Assembly: GCA_963848295.1 (NCBI GenBank)
Contig: CAWKDB010000002.1
Coordinates: forward strand, 1,088,001-1,152,000
Direction: 5' to 3'
Length of the DNA stretch: 64,000 nt
Source: an uncultured delta proteobacterium
Lineage (GTDB): Bacteria; Myxococcota_A; Polyangia; Haliangiales; Haliangiaceae
Below are positions 32,405 through 42,055 of the stretch, one piece after another. The notes beneath the pieces were generated by a model. It worked only from the letters and a program-made list of their open reading frames with translations, did no database searches and was not told the origin of the DNA. A program made the translations under genes and the position numbers. Every line of letters begins with the position of its first letter. Position 1 is the stretch's first letter.

Positions 32405-35215
32405 ATGGGCGCGGACGCTGTCGTCGAAGAGCAGTTCGGACCCTACCTCGTGTACGAGCGGTTGGGCGTCGGCGGTATGGCGACGGTCCACCGCGCGCTC
32501 GAACGCGGGCTCGAAGGCTTCGAGCGGGTCGTCGCGCTCAAGCGCTTGCTGCCGCACCTCGCGGAGGATGCGAGCTTCATCAAGTCGTTCGTGCGCGAGG
32601 CGAAGCTCGCTTCGCTGCTCAACCACATCAACATCGTCCAGATCTACGAGCTCGGCCGCGTCGCGGCCGAGTACTTCATCTCGATGGAGTACATCGACGG
32701 GCGCGACGTCCGTCAGGTGCTGCGCCATGCCCGCCGCGTCACCGGGCCGCCGCCGATCCAGATCGCGATCGCGATCATGCTGCAGCTGTGCGATGCGCTC
32801 GATTATGCACACGCGAAGGTCGACGAGCATGGCCAACCGCTCGGCCTCGTGCATCGCGACGTCTCGCCGTCGAACGTGATCGTGACGAGCACCGGCCAGG
32901 TCAAGGTCATCGACTTCGGCATCGCGAAGGCGCAGTCGGCGCAGCTGCGAACCCAGACCGGGCGAGTCAAGGGCAAGCTCGCGTACATGGCGCCCGAGGC
33001 GATCGCGGGCGGGCGCGACCTCGATGCGCGCTCCGATCTGTGGGCGTGCGGCGTGATCCTGCACGAGCTGTGCACCGCGCGGCCGCTGTTCGCGAGCAAG
33101 AACGAGTACCAGACCCTGCTCAAGGTCCAGCGCGGCGACATCATGCCGCCGTCGACGTTCAACCAGTCGTGTCCGCACGAGCTCGATCAGATCACGCTGC
33201 GCGCGCTCGCGCGTGACCCCGACGATCGATTCGCGAACGCCGGCGAGCTGCGCGAGCAGCTCAACGCGGTACGCAAGCAGTACAACTTGCAGACCGGCTA
33301 TCGCGACCTCGCGTCATGGCTCGCTTGGGCATTCTCGGTCGAAGCGCCGAGCGGCGGGTTCGCGGCGGCGAGCACGCACGATCAGAGCGGCAGCGGTCTC
33401 GGCAGTAACAGCAACGTGATCGCGGCGGGCAGCGGGGAACCGGCGCGCACGCCGGTCAACAAGCACGTCACGCCTCGGCCACCGCGCAATCGCGACGACG
33501 ACGAAGCGGTCGAGATCGCATGGGGCGGCGGCGAGGTCGAGGCCGGACCGATCCTGCTCGACGAAGTTCCAGATGTCTCGTCCAAGCACCTCGCGGTCCA
33601 GCCGGCGCCATACGACGACGACGACGATGACATTCCGACGCCGCTACCGAACCCGGGGGTCGACACCGACGAGCACTTCATCATCGCGCTCGGACCGGCC
33701 GATGCGAGTGACTTCGCCAAGACGGTGATGCGCGGTGCGGCGCCGCCCGATCACTTACCGATCGATCCGCTCGCGCCACCGCCCGCGGCGGGTTCGACCA
33801 CGAGCGCGCAGCGCGTGCCGCGCACGAAACCGGGGACCGCGCCGGCACGCGCGAGGACCGCGTCGAGTGACCCGCGCCGCCCTTCGGCGCCGCTGCCGGC
33901 GGGTGACATGCCCCCGCCGTCGAATGACCCGCGCCGCCGTTCGGCGTCGCTGCCGGCGGGCGACGTGCCCCCGCCGTCGAATGACCCGCGCCGCCGTTCG
34001 GCGTCGCTGCCGGCGGGTGACATGCCCCCGCCGTCGAATGAACCGCGCGCCAGCTCGGCCGCGATGGAGCCGTCGCTCGCGCTCGCGAACGCGCGGTCCA
34101 AGCGCGTCACCGTGATCGGCGCGGCGATGGTCGAGGCGCGCAGCCAGTCGAACCGGCGCTGGCCATACGTGCTCGTCACGCTGGCGATCGCCGGCGCGGC
34201 GGCGACCGGGATCACGGTGTACGCGACCCACGACAAGCTCGAGCCGAAGACCGACCCCGTGGCGCAGCTGCCGGTCGCCGGCAACGCGACGCTCAAGTTC
34301 ATGACCGAGCCTGCGGACGCCGAGATCAAGGTCGACGGCACCGCGCTCGCGGCCGGGGTGACGGCGATCGAGCTGTCGCCCGGCCTGCATCAGATCGAGA
34401 TCCATCACGATAATCGCAAGTCCTGGCTGACGTCGATCGAGCTCTCGGCGCGCGAGCTGCAGACCCTGCGCGTCGTGCTCGAGCCGCTCGGCATCACGAG
34501 CGGCGACGCGACGCTGATGTTGTCGACCGAGCCCGAAGGTCTCGAGGCGGTGATCGACGGCGAGCTCGCGACCCGGCACACGCCGCTCAAGCTCCCACTC
34601 AAGCCGGGTCCGCACACGTTCGCGGTGCGCAAGGACGGTGTCGAGGTCTGGCATCAAGCGGTCAACGCCGAGCCTGCGGTGGTCTACGAGTTCAATCCGT
34701 CGTTCACCGCGGACAAGGCGCTCGAGCGCGAACAGCACAGCGCCCCGGCTCACATCGCACCGATCCCGCCGGCTCAGCCGAAGCCCGAACCTCCGCCTGC
34801 CAAGCCTACGCCACCGACGCCCGAGCCCGCCGAGCGCGTCTCGCCCCCGGTGCCGCCTCCTGCGCCGATGTCCATTCCCATTCCCGTGCCCGTGCCCGCG
34901 CCCGCGCCTGCGCCGGTGCGGACCGTCGCGCCGAGTGGGCCGCCGCGGCTCGTCGCGCCGACCGCGGTGACGAAGGTCTCCGGCGAAGTGCCGAACCTCG
35001 TCGCCTCGCCAGGGTCGGACATTCCGGTCGTGATCGCGGCGAAGCTGTGCATCGATGTCAGCGGCCATGTCACGTCGGTCGATGTCGTGTCCAAGCTCGA
35101 GCGCCGCACCGCCGAGGCGTTGGCCGACGGGCTGCGCAGCTGGCGCTACGCACCGTACAAGCCCGGCGGCGTCGCATCAGCGGCGTGCTTCGCGGTCACG
35201 ATGCGGTCTCGGTGA
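32405..35215 (+). CDS. Membrane Ser/Thr kinase with PEGA domains and TonB-C-like C-terminus
   Basis: Kinase motifs HRDVSPSN, DFG, YMAPE; TM segment; two PEGA-like repeats (TEPADAEIKVDG); Pro-rich linker; WRYAPY end domain. Confidence 0.9.
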   Translation: MGADAVVEEQFGPYLVYERLGVGGMATVHRALERGLEGFERVVALKRLLPHLAEDASFIKSFVREAKLASLLNHINIVQIYELGRVAAEYFISMEYIDGRDVRQVLRHARRVTGPPPIQIAIAIMLQLCDALDYAHAKVDEHGQPLGLVHRDVSPSNVIVTSTGQVKVIDFGIAKAQSAQLRTQTGRVKGKLAYMAPEAIAGGRDLDARSDLWACGVILHELCTARPLFASKNEYQTLLKVQRGDIMPPSTFNQSCPHELDQITLRALARDPDDRFANAGELREQLNAVRKQYNLQTGYRDLASWLAWAFSVEAPSGGFAAASTHDQSGSGLGSNSNVIAAGSGEPARTPVNKHVTPRPPRNRDDDEAVEIAWGGGEVEAGPILLDEVPDVSSKHLAVQPAPYDDDDDDIPTPLPNPGVDTDEHFIIALGPADASDFAKTVMRGAAPPDHLPIDPLAPPPAAGSTTSAQRVPRTKPGTAPARARTASSDPRRPSAPLPAGDMPPPSNDPRRRSASLPAGDVPPPSNDPRRRSASLPAGDMPPPSNEPRASSAAMEPSLALANARSKRVTVIGAAMVEARSQSNRRWPYVLVTLAIAGAAATGITVYATHDKLEPKTDPVAQLPVAGNATLKFMTEPADAEIKVDGTALAAGVTAIELSPGLHQIEIHHDNRKSWLTSIELSARELQTLRVVLEPLGITSGDATLMLSTEPEGLEAVIDGELATRHTPLKLPLKPGPHTFAVRKDGVEVWHQAVNAEPAVVYEFNPSFTADKALEREQHSAPAHIAPIPPAQPKPEPPPAKPTPPTPEPAERVSPPVPPPAPMSIPIPVPVPAPAPAPVRTVAPSGPPRLVAPTAVTKVSGEVPNLVASPGSDIPVVIAAKLCIDVSGHVTSVDVVSKLERRTAEALADGLRSWRYAPYKPGGVASAACFAVTMRSR
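33862..34048 (+). repeat. 57-bp in-frame tandem repeat, about 3.3 copies
   Basis: Units begin at 33869, 33926 and 33983 and encode DPRRRSASLPAGD(M/V)PPPSN. Confidence 0.95.
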
Positions 35216-36012
35216 TTCGCGCGTTCGCCGCCGAGCTCGACGCGCGCAACCGCGACAACCTCACGCGGACCGCGAGCTACCTCGAGCTCTACGCCTACAC
35301 CCGCGCGCATCCGCCCGAGCTGCCGTGGTTGCTGATGGCACACGTCGTGTCGCGCAATGCCGGCTACTCGATGTCCGATCTCGCGCGCCGGCTCGCCGCA
35401 CCGGCCGGCGATCCGGTGCTCGCGCCGCCGATGCGCACGCTGTTCGTGCTGCTCGAACGCGGCAACTTTCTGATCTTCTACGATGCCTGGCACCACGTCT
35501 GCGCGTTTCTCGCCGGCGACACCGCCGCCTTGGCACCACCACGCACGCCAGTGTTCATGTGCGAGGCGTGGCGGCGCTTCGCGGCAGCCGGCAGTGACGA
35601 ACGCGCGCTTGTCCTCGATCTCGTTCACAACGAGCAGCACCTGATCGAGCGCCGCGCGGTGCATCACCCCGACCTGCTCCCCGGCCTCCGGCTCCTCGAG
35701 CTGATCGAAGTCACGGGCCGCGAGCGCCCGATGATCTTTCCGTGCTCGGCGGCGGAGATCAAGGTCGGCGGCTTCGGTCATCTCGATCGACGGATCGCGA
35801 CCGGCGCCCGGATCTTCGACGAGGTCATCTCCGACCGCGCTCGCCGCGACGCCGTCTTCGCGTGGTGCGCAGCGCACCCTCACACCGGCTCGCGCGAGGT
35901 CTACGGCGGCCCGCCCGGCCCGACCGTCACCGACGCCTGGCCGCTCTCGCTCGTCCAATCGCTCTGGCCAGCCATCCACTCGCCGCCGGATCCCGATCCG
36001 CTCTATCCTTGA
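35212..36012 (+). CDS. DUF2515-like protein
   Basis: NRDNLTRTASY, PELPWLLMAHVVSRNAGYSMSDL, LERGNFLIFYDA and HTGSR. Confidence 0.7.
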   Translation: MIRAFAAELDARNRDNLTRTASYLELYAYTRAHPPELPWLLMAHVVSRNAGYSMSDLARRLAAPAGDPVLAPPMRTLFVLLERGNFLIFYDAWHHVCAFLAGDTAALAPPRTPVFMCEAWRRFAAAGSDERALVLDLVHNEQHLIERRAVHHPDLLPGLRLLELIEVTGRERPMIFPCSAAEIKVGGFGHLDRRIATGARIFDEVISDRARRDAVFAWCAAHPHTGSREVYGGPPGPTVTDAWPLSLVQSLWPAIHSPPDPDPLYP

Positions 36013-36077
36013 TCACGATCGATCCGGCATTGCCTGTTGCCCGTCGCCTGTTGATCAATTGATCAATTTCTCAACTC

Positions 36078-36479
36078 TCAGGAACTGGGCGTGGCGACCA
36101 CCACCCCATGAAACATATCCATCCCACACGCGAACCCGACTTCTCCGGTCGCAGGCACGGTGACCGGAACCTCGACCGGCTTGCCGAGCGGAAGATCGAC
36201 GAGCTTGCCGTCCGGCGTCTTCAACTTCGAGATGCAATCCAAGGCCGCGGTGCGCGTGAACACCAGGACGAGCTTCTCGCCCGGCTTGCCCGGGATCCGC
36301 GCCGGCGTATAGCCGTCCTTGTTCGCCTCGATCGCGATCCGGGTAGTGCCGTCGGCGCTCGTGACCCGCGCGACTTCTTGCGCGACCGCGCTACCCGCTT
36401 TGTCGCCGGCGGGCGCGGCCTTCTTCGAGCAGCCGGCGAACAGCGATAGACCGAAGACGACGAGCAGGGCGCGCTTCAT
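36078..36479 (-). CDS. Cupredoxin-domain lipoprotein
   Basis: Lipobox FAGC, GYTP and FACGMDMFHG. Confidence 0.88.
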   Translation of the reverse strand: MKRALLVVFGLSLFAGCSKKAAPAGDKAGSAVAQEVARVTSADGTTRIAIEANKDGYTPARIPGKPGEKLVLVFTRTAALDCISKLKTPDGKLVDLPLGKPVEVPVTVPATGEVGFACGMDMFHGVVVATPSS

Positions 36480-36498
36480 AGCGCGACCATAGCACCGC

Positions 36499-37530
36499 TC
36501 AGGCGAGGCGGGCCGACACCGTGCCGGTCGGCGACTGATCGACCGCGGCGAGCGGATCTTCCCAGTTCTCGAACTGGAGGATCCCGAGCTCGGCGAACCG
36601 CGTGCGCTGGCGATCGCTGAGCAGGCCCATCCGCTTGATCGCGGGCACGATCTTCGCGAACAGCATCTGGCGGAACATCACCTGGCCCTGGTTGTTGAGC
36701 GCGATGTCCATGCACTGCTTCGCGGGCAGGCCCTGCTTCTCCCAGACTTCTTGGAACAGGAAGCGATCGCGCATCAACCGCGCCGCCTCGAACACGAAGT
36801 CTTCGCGCTCGGCGCGCACCGACTCCGGCTGGTCCTTGTAGTAGTCGCGCAGCGACAAGATACCGAACGCGACGTGGCGCGCCTCGTCGCCCATGACATA
36901 GGCGGTGAGCTGCTTGAGCAGTGGCTCGTCGGTGTGGTTGCGGATCATGCCGAACGCGGCGAGCGCGAGGCCCTCGACCATGATCTGTGCGCCGAGGAAC
37001 TTCATGTCCCACCGGCTGTCCTTGAGGATCATGTCGAACAGCGTGCGCAGGTGCTTGTTGATCGGATACATGAACCCGATCTTTTCGTGGATGTAGCGAT
37101 TGTAGACGTCGACGTGACGCGCCTCGTCGACGACCTGCGTCGAGGCGTACAGCTTGCTATCGAGATCACCGACCGAATCGACGAGCTGCGCGACCGCGAG
37201 CAGCGTGCCCTGCTCGCCGTGCATGAACTGCGACAGCGTCCACGAAAACACCTCGATGTTCGTGTCGTTGCGCTCCTTCTCGGTCATCTTGTTGTAGATG
37301 TCCGAGCCGTACAGCGGCATCATCTGCTCGGCGCCGAGCGGGCGCTGCAGATCGACGTCGGTGCTCCACGGCAAGACCTCGTCGGAGATCCACTGCGCGC
37401 GCGTCGCCTTGTCGTACAGGTCGCGCAGCCGCTCGCGCGTGTCCTGGTAGCCCCACGTAAACGTCACGTCGAGCATGGCTTCGAGCGTCTCGATCGAGGG
37501 CGCGGTGACGGCGTCGGCAGTGGCGACCAT
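36499..37530 (-). CDS. Ferritin-like diiron oxygenase (AurF-like)
   Basis: HGEQG, two DEARH motifs and VEGLALAAF. Confidence 0.85.
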   Translation of the reverse strand: MVATADAVTAPSIETLEAMLDVTFTWGYQDTRERLRDLYDKATRAQWISDEVLPWSTDVDLQRPLGAEQMMPLYGSDIYNKMTEKERNDTNIEVFSWTLSQFMHGEQGTLLAVAQLVDSVGDLDSKLYASTQVVDEARHVDVYNRYIHEKIGFMYPINKHLRTLFDMILKDSRWDMKFLGAQIMVEGLALAAFGMIRNHTDEPLLKQLTAYVMGDEARHVAFGILSLRDYYKDQPESVRAEREDFVFEAARLMRDRFLFQEVWEKQGLPAKQCMDIALNNQGQVMFRQMLFAKIVPAIKRMGLLSDRQRTRFAELGILQFENWEDPLAAVDQSPTGTVSARLA

Positions 37531-37547
37531 GGCGGCTCCTTGGAAAG

Positions 37548-37561
37548 TGAAACTTGTTTCA
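37548..37561. promoter_or_regulatory. Candidate TetR operator
   Basis: Palindrome TGAAAC-TT-GTTTCA in the 74-bp gap between the divergent oxygenase and TetR genes. Confidence 0.6.
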
Positions 37562-37604
37562 GTTTGTCCTGGCCCCGCGCTCGGGTCAAGGGCATTGTTG
37601 AAAC

Positions 37605-38264
37605 ATGGCGCGCCGAGCAGCCGATCGCACTCCCGAGGCCGTGCTGCGCGTGGCGCCGATGCCGGACTTCCCGCAGGAGCGAGCGCGACGTAGCTACCAG
37701 GCGCTGATCGACGCGGCGACCGTGCTGTTCGGCGAACGCCCCTACGACGAGGTCGGCACCCCGGAGATCGCGGAGCGCGCCGGCGTGTCGGTGGGCACGT
37801 TCTATCGCTACTTCGACGACAAGCGCGACGTCTACCTCGAGATCGCGCGGCGCACGATGACCCAGGCCCACCGCGACACGATCGAGCGGCTCACCCCGGA
37901 GCTGTTCGTAGGCTTCGCGCGCCACGAGACGATCGCCGGTGCGATCGGGATCCTGTTCGATCACGTGCTCGCGCATCCCGCGCTGACTCGCAGCCTGATG
38001 GAAGTCTCGCTGCGCGACCCCGCGGTCGCCGAGGTCAAGCGCGCCTACGACCAGCTCGCGGTCGACAAGCTCGCGACGCTGATCACCGCGATCACGCCGC
38101 GCTCGAAGGTGCCGGATCCCGAAGCCTTCGCGTACGTCCTGTACTCGTCGGCGATGCAGACCGCGTACGGCGTCGCGGTGCAATTGCTCCCCGCTGCCGT
38201 CGATCGCGATCGCGCCAAGGCTGCGCTCGTCGCCACGATCGAGCGCACGCTGTTTCCGGGGTAG
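37605..38264 (+). CDS. TetR/AcrR family regulator
   Basis: IAERAGVSVGTFYRYFDDK HTH. Confidence 0.93.
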   Translation: MARRAADRTPEAVLRVAPMPDFPQERARRSYQALIDAATVLFGERPYDEVGTPEIAERAGVSVGTFYRYFDDKRDVYLEIARRTMTQAHRDTIERLTPELFVGFARHETIAGAIGILFDHVLAHPALTRSLMEVSLRDPAVAEVKRAYDQLAVDKLATLITAITPRSKVPDPEAFAYVLYSSAMQTAYGVAVQLLPAAVDRDRAKAALVATIERTLFPG

Positions 38265-38301
38265 CGTGCGACGATCGCCGCGGTCGCCCCGTCCGGAGGT
38301 C

Positions 38302-39000
38302 GTGCGCAATGTGCTCGTGCTCGCCTGCGTCGCCGCGTGTCACGGCCCACCGCGCCGCGAGCTGGTCTTCGAGCTCGACGCGAAGGCGACCGGTTGCACG
38401 CCGGATGCGAGATCCCTCGAACGCGCTGCGGCCACGCTGCGCGATCGGTTCGAAGGCTTGTCGGAGGACCCGGCCACGGTGTTCGTCGCCGACGGCACGG
38501 TCATCGCGTCGCTCCCGACGTCGGTCGACGAGAGCGAGATCCCCATGCTCGCCGACATCGCACGACGGACACCAACTCTCGCGATCGATCGAATTGCCGA
38601 CGACCGCCCCAGCGCTTCGTCACTCGGCGATCACGTCGCTCACGTGCTCAGACCCGACGGCCCGACGCGCGTACTCGCGACTACCGGCGTGACGGGTGCC
38701 GCGATCGATCGCGTCCAAATGATCTACGCGACGCCGGATTCCCCCGCGGTCCAGATCGAGCTCACGCCCGACGGAGCCCGCCGGATGGCCGCGCTCGCCG
38801 GCCAGCATGTCGCGGTCGTGCTCGACGGCGTCATTCGCGGTGACTTCGTCTTGCCCAGCTCGATCGGAGCTCGAGTCACGCTCGTGACGAGCGGGGCGAC
38901 GGCGGACGAACGCGACCGGAACGCATGGGACATGACGGCTATCCTCAAGACCGGCGCCGCGACCTGCCCGCTCGTGCTGCGCTCGTCGGCGACGCGATGA
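38302..39000 (+). CDS. Lipoprotein resembling the SecD/SecF periplasmic P1 domain
   Basis: Lipobox VAAC, TLRDRF, PAVQIELTPDGARRMA and VAVVLDG; no transporter TM helices. Confidence 0.65.
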   Translation: MRNVLVLACVAACHGPPRRELVFELDAKATGCTPDARSLERAAATLRDRFEGLSEDPATVFVADGTVIASLPTSVDESEIPMLADIARRTPTLAIDRIADDRPSASSLGDHVAHVLRPDGPTRVLATTGVTGAAIDRVQMIYATPDSPAVQIELTPDGARRMAALAGQHVAVVLDGVIRGDFVLPSSIGARVTLVTSGATADERDRNAWDMTAILKTGAATCPLVLRSSATR

Positions 39001-39001
39001 G

Positions 39002-39838
39002 CTACACGTCGATGTAGGCGCCCTCGCCGGCGGCGAACACTGGCACGGCGGTGCTCGCGGCGGTCCGCGCGACGACCTCGTCGATCATGTCGTCGGTCGC
39101 GTCCGGGCTGTGATGGAACAGCGCGAGCTGTTTCGCACCGGCTCGCTCGGCGACGACCACGCCGGCGTGCGCGGGCGAATGGCCCCAGCCGCGGCGCTGC
39201 TCGTAGTCCTCGTCGGCGTGCATCGCGTCGTGAACGAGCAGGTCAGCATCCTGCGCGATCGCGAGCGCTTCGGGCAGCGGATCGTCGGGCGACGGATACT
39301 CGACGTCGGTCAGCAGCGCGACGATCTTGCCGTCGCACGCGATCCGAAATGCCGTCGTCCAGATGCTACCGTGCGGCACCGCCGCGGTCATGACCTCGAA
39401 GCCGGGCAGCGTGATCGTCGTGCCGGGGATGAACGTCTCGATCGTGACACCGGCCGCGAGGTTCTCGAGCCCGTTGAGCGGGCTGTAGTGCGGCGCGAGC
39501 TGATTCTGCAGCGTCGCCTCGAGCGGCAGCGTCGCCGGATTCGCGCCCATGATCCGGATCTCGTTGCCCTTGATGAAGAACGGCGTGAAGAACGGCAGGC
39601 CCTGGATGTGATCGAGGTGGGTGTGGGTCAGGAGGATCGGCAGCACGCCGGCGCCCTTGCCGAACTCGGCCGCCATCAGCTCCTTCGCGAGCTCGGTCGC
39701 GCCGGTGCCCAGATCGATCAACAAGCGTTGGCCCGCATCGCTGACCAGCTCGATCGACGTCGTGTTGCCGCCGTAGCGCAGGAAGTCTCGCCCGCTCATC
39801 GCGAACGAGCCCCGCACGCCCCAGAACCGGAGCTTCAA
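39002..39838 (-). CDS. MBL-fold metallo-hydrolase
   Basis: FWGVRGS, YGGNT, THTHLDHIQG, WGHS and FHHSP. Confidence 0.92.
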   Translation of the reverse strand: MKLRFWGVRGSFAMSGRDFLRYGGNTTSIELVSDAGQRLLIDLGTGATELAKELMAAEFGKGAGVLPILLTHTHLDHIQGLPFFTPFFIKGNEIRIMGANPATLPLEATLQNQLAPHYSPLNGLENLAAGVTIETFIPGTTITLPGFEVMTAAVPHGSIWTTAFRIACDGKIVALLTDVEYPSPDDPLPEALAIAQDADLLVHDAMHADEDYEQRRGWGHSPAHAGVVVAERAGAKQLALFHHSPDATDDMIDEVVARTAASTAVPVFAAGEGAYIDV

Positions 39839-40749
39839 CTCGCCCGCCCGATCGCGACCGTCATGCCTTCGAACGCGGTCAGCACTTCGACGCCGACCGC
39901 GGCACCCTTCGCGAGGTACGTCGCCGCGATCACGTCCATCTGCTCGTCGCTGTGCGACGGCGCATGATGATAGAGCACGAGCCGCCGCACACCGGCCGCG
40001 ACGCAGATCTCGATCGCATGATCGGGCGTCGAGTGGCCGTAGTGCGGGAACCTCATGTACTCCTCGGGCAAGAAGTGCGTGTCGTAGACCACGGTGTCGA
40101 CGCCGCGTAGCCTCGAGATCAACCGGTCGTGCATCGCTTGCAACGCGTCGCGATCGACTTGCGACAGCGGCTCGAGCCCCGACAAGAAGTGCTGCTTGTG
40201 CAACACCTTGTCGAACGGCGCGGTGTCCGAGACGTAGGCCCAGGCCGAGCCGTCGCCGTCGATGCGGTAGCCGACCGAGCCGAAGGGGTGGTTGAGCGCG
40301 ATCGGCGTGACCTCGACGCCACCGATCGAGAACGCGACCCCGGGCTCGACCTGATGAAACTTGAATTGCGCGGGCACCGAAGCGAGCGGCAGCGGGAAGA
40401 ACTCCGCGCGCGTGATCCCGCCGATCACCTGATCGAGCTCGTTCGCGGCGGTGAGCAGCGCGTAGATCGAGATCTGGGTGCCGGGGATATAGGCCGGCGA
40501 GAAGAACGGCAGGCCTTGGATGTGGTCCCAGTGGACGTGCGACAGCAGCACGTGGTACTGGCCGGGCGCGCCGTTCGCCTCGCGCGCGAGCTTGTTGCCG
40601 AGCGCCCGCAAGCCGGTGCCGGCGTCGACGATCACGCAGTCACCCGCGTCGGTGCGCACCTCGACGCACGACGTCTGGCCGCCGTAGCGGACGGTGGCAG
40701 CGCCGGGCACCGGGTAGCTGCCCCGCACGCCCCAAAAGGTGATTTGCAT
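39835..40749 (-). CDS. MBL-fold metallo-hydrolase (paralog)
   Basis: FWGVRGS, SHVHWDHIQG, YGHS and YHHAP. Confidence 0.92.
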   Translation of the reverse strand: MQITFWGVRGSYPVPGAATVRYGGQTSCVEVRTDAGDCVIVDAGTGLRALGNKLAREANGAPGQYHVLLSHVHWDHIQGLPFFSPAYIPGTQISIYALLTAANELDQVIGGITRAEFFPLPLASVPAQFKFHQVEPGVAFSIGGVEVTPIALNHPFGSVGYRIDGDGSAWAYVSDTAPFDKVLHKQHFLSGLEPLSQVDRDALQAMHDRLISRLRGVDTVVYDTHFLPEEYMRFPHYGHSTPDHAIEICVAAGVRRLVLYHHAPSHSDEQMDVIAATYLAKGAAVGVEVLTAFEGMTVAIGRAS

Positions 40750-40837
40750 GTCTGGCGGCCAATTCTATCCCGCCCCGGCCAGTTCCCCAAAAGTCGCGGG
40801 GTTTTCGTCGGCTCCGTCATGGGTTATGTCACGGGAC

Positions 40838-41872
40838 ATGAACCCTCAGCCGCGCATCCTGGTCATGGGCGCCGGTGGCATCGGCGGCATCGTCGCCGCG
40901 ACCCTGACCGAGGTCGGCGCCCCGGTGACCGCAGTGTCGACCAACCTCGAGATCCGCGCTGCCGTCGACAAATCGGGCTTCAGGTTGGTCGACGAAGGCG
41001 AACAACGCACGGTGCGCGGTTGGGTCTCGCCCGCGCCCGAGGGCCGCTACGACCTGTGCGTGCTCGCGACCCAGCCGCCGAACGTCGAGGACGCCGCCCT
41101 GACCGCCCTCACCCACCTCGCCGACGATGCCGAGGTCGTCGTGCTGCAGAACGGGCTGTGCGAAGAGCGCGTCGCCTCGATCGTGGGCGAGCGCCGGGTG
41201 ATCGGCGCGATCGTCGCGTGGGGTGCCTCGATGCCGGAGCCCGGGCGCTACGAGCGCACGGCATCGGGCGGGTTCCAGATCGGCCGGCTCGATGGCGAGA
41301 TCGACGAGCCGGTGCGCCGGGTCGCCGAGCTGCTCGAGGCGATCGGCCCGGTGACGATCACGAAGAACCTGCGCGGCGCGCGGTGGAGCAAGCTGGCACT
41401 CAACTGCGCGGTGTCGGCGGTCGGCACGATCGCGGGTGAACGGCTCGGTCCGCTCGTCCGGGTGCGGCGCTATCGCCGGCTCGCGCTGGAGGCGATGACC
41501 GAGGCCGTGACCGTCGCGAAGGCCGAAGGCATCGCGCTCGAGAAGGTTGCGGGCACGCTCGACCTCGAGTGGATCGCGCTGTCGGAAGCGGATCGCGCGT
41601 CGCGTGGCTCGGCGAGCCTGACCGCGAAGCACGCGCTGCTCCTCGCGGTCGGCCTGCGCTACCGCCGGATGCGGTCGTCGATGATCGCGGCGATCGAGCG
41701 CGGCCGGACGCCCGCGATCGATTTTCTCAATGGCGAGGTCGTGACGCGAGGCAAGGCGCGGGGCATAGCGACGCCGTTCAACGAGCGCATCGTCGAGGCG
41801 GTGTGGGACATCGCGAAGGGCAAGACGAAGGCGTCGCGCGAGACGCTCGACAAGGTGTGCGGCGGGGAGTGA
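40838..41872 (+). CDS. Ketopantoate reductase (PanE/ApbA) family oxidoreductase
   Basis: GAGGIG, LQNGL, WSKLALN and SSM...IDFLNG. Confidence 0.85.
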   Translation: MNPQPRILVMGAGGIGGIVAATLTEVGAPVTAVSTNLEIRAAVDKSGFRLVDEGEQRTVRGWVSPAPEGRYDLCVLATQPPNVEDAALTALTHLADDAEVVVLQNGLCEERVASIVGERRVIGAIVAWGASMPEPGRYERTASGGFQIGRLDGEIDEPVRRVAELLEAIGPVTITKNLRGARWSKLALNCAVSAVGTIAGERLGPLVRVRRYRRLALEAMTEAVTVAKAEGIALEKVAGTLDLEWIALSEADRASRGSASLTAKHALLLAVGLRYRRMRSSMIAAIERGRTPAIDFLNGEVVTRGKARGIATPFNERIVEAVWDIAKGKTKASRETLDKVCGGE

Positions 41873-41882
41873 CGCGGCGGAG

Positions 41883-42055
41883 ATCGCGAACGCGCGCGCT
41901 GGCGAAGCTGTCACGGGGTCCTGCGCGCGGCGCGCGATCGGCGGTGCGGGACAACGGGCGGTGCATCGCGTTTTGCTACGCCGGCGCATGATGATCGACT
42001 TGGAAGTTACGCGCTTGGACCCCGTGCAGCTCCGCCTTGCGCGCGCTGACGCGAT
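41883..42055. repeat. Long hairpin element, left copy (core 41915-42023)
   Basis: Core is the reverse complement of 50537-50645 at 101/109 nt (manual alignment); flanks pair with each other. Confidence 0.85.

Noticed and set aside
34740..34930. Pro-rich low-complexity stretch as a repeat element
   Set aside because: Ordinary TonB-like linker inside the kinase ORF.
41980..42010. GGCGCATGA-TGATCG-ACTTGGAAGT in the hairpin core as a Xer dif site
   Set aside because: Lacks the ATAA-N6-TTAT centre; XerD arm match is poor.
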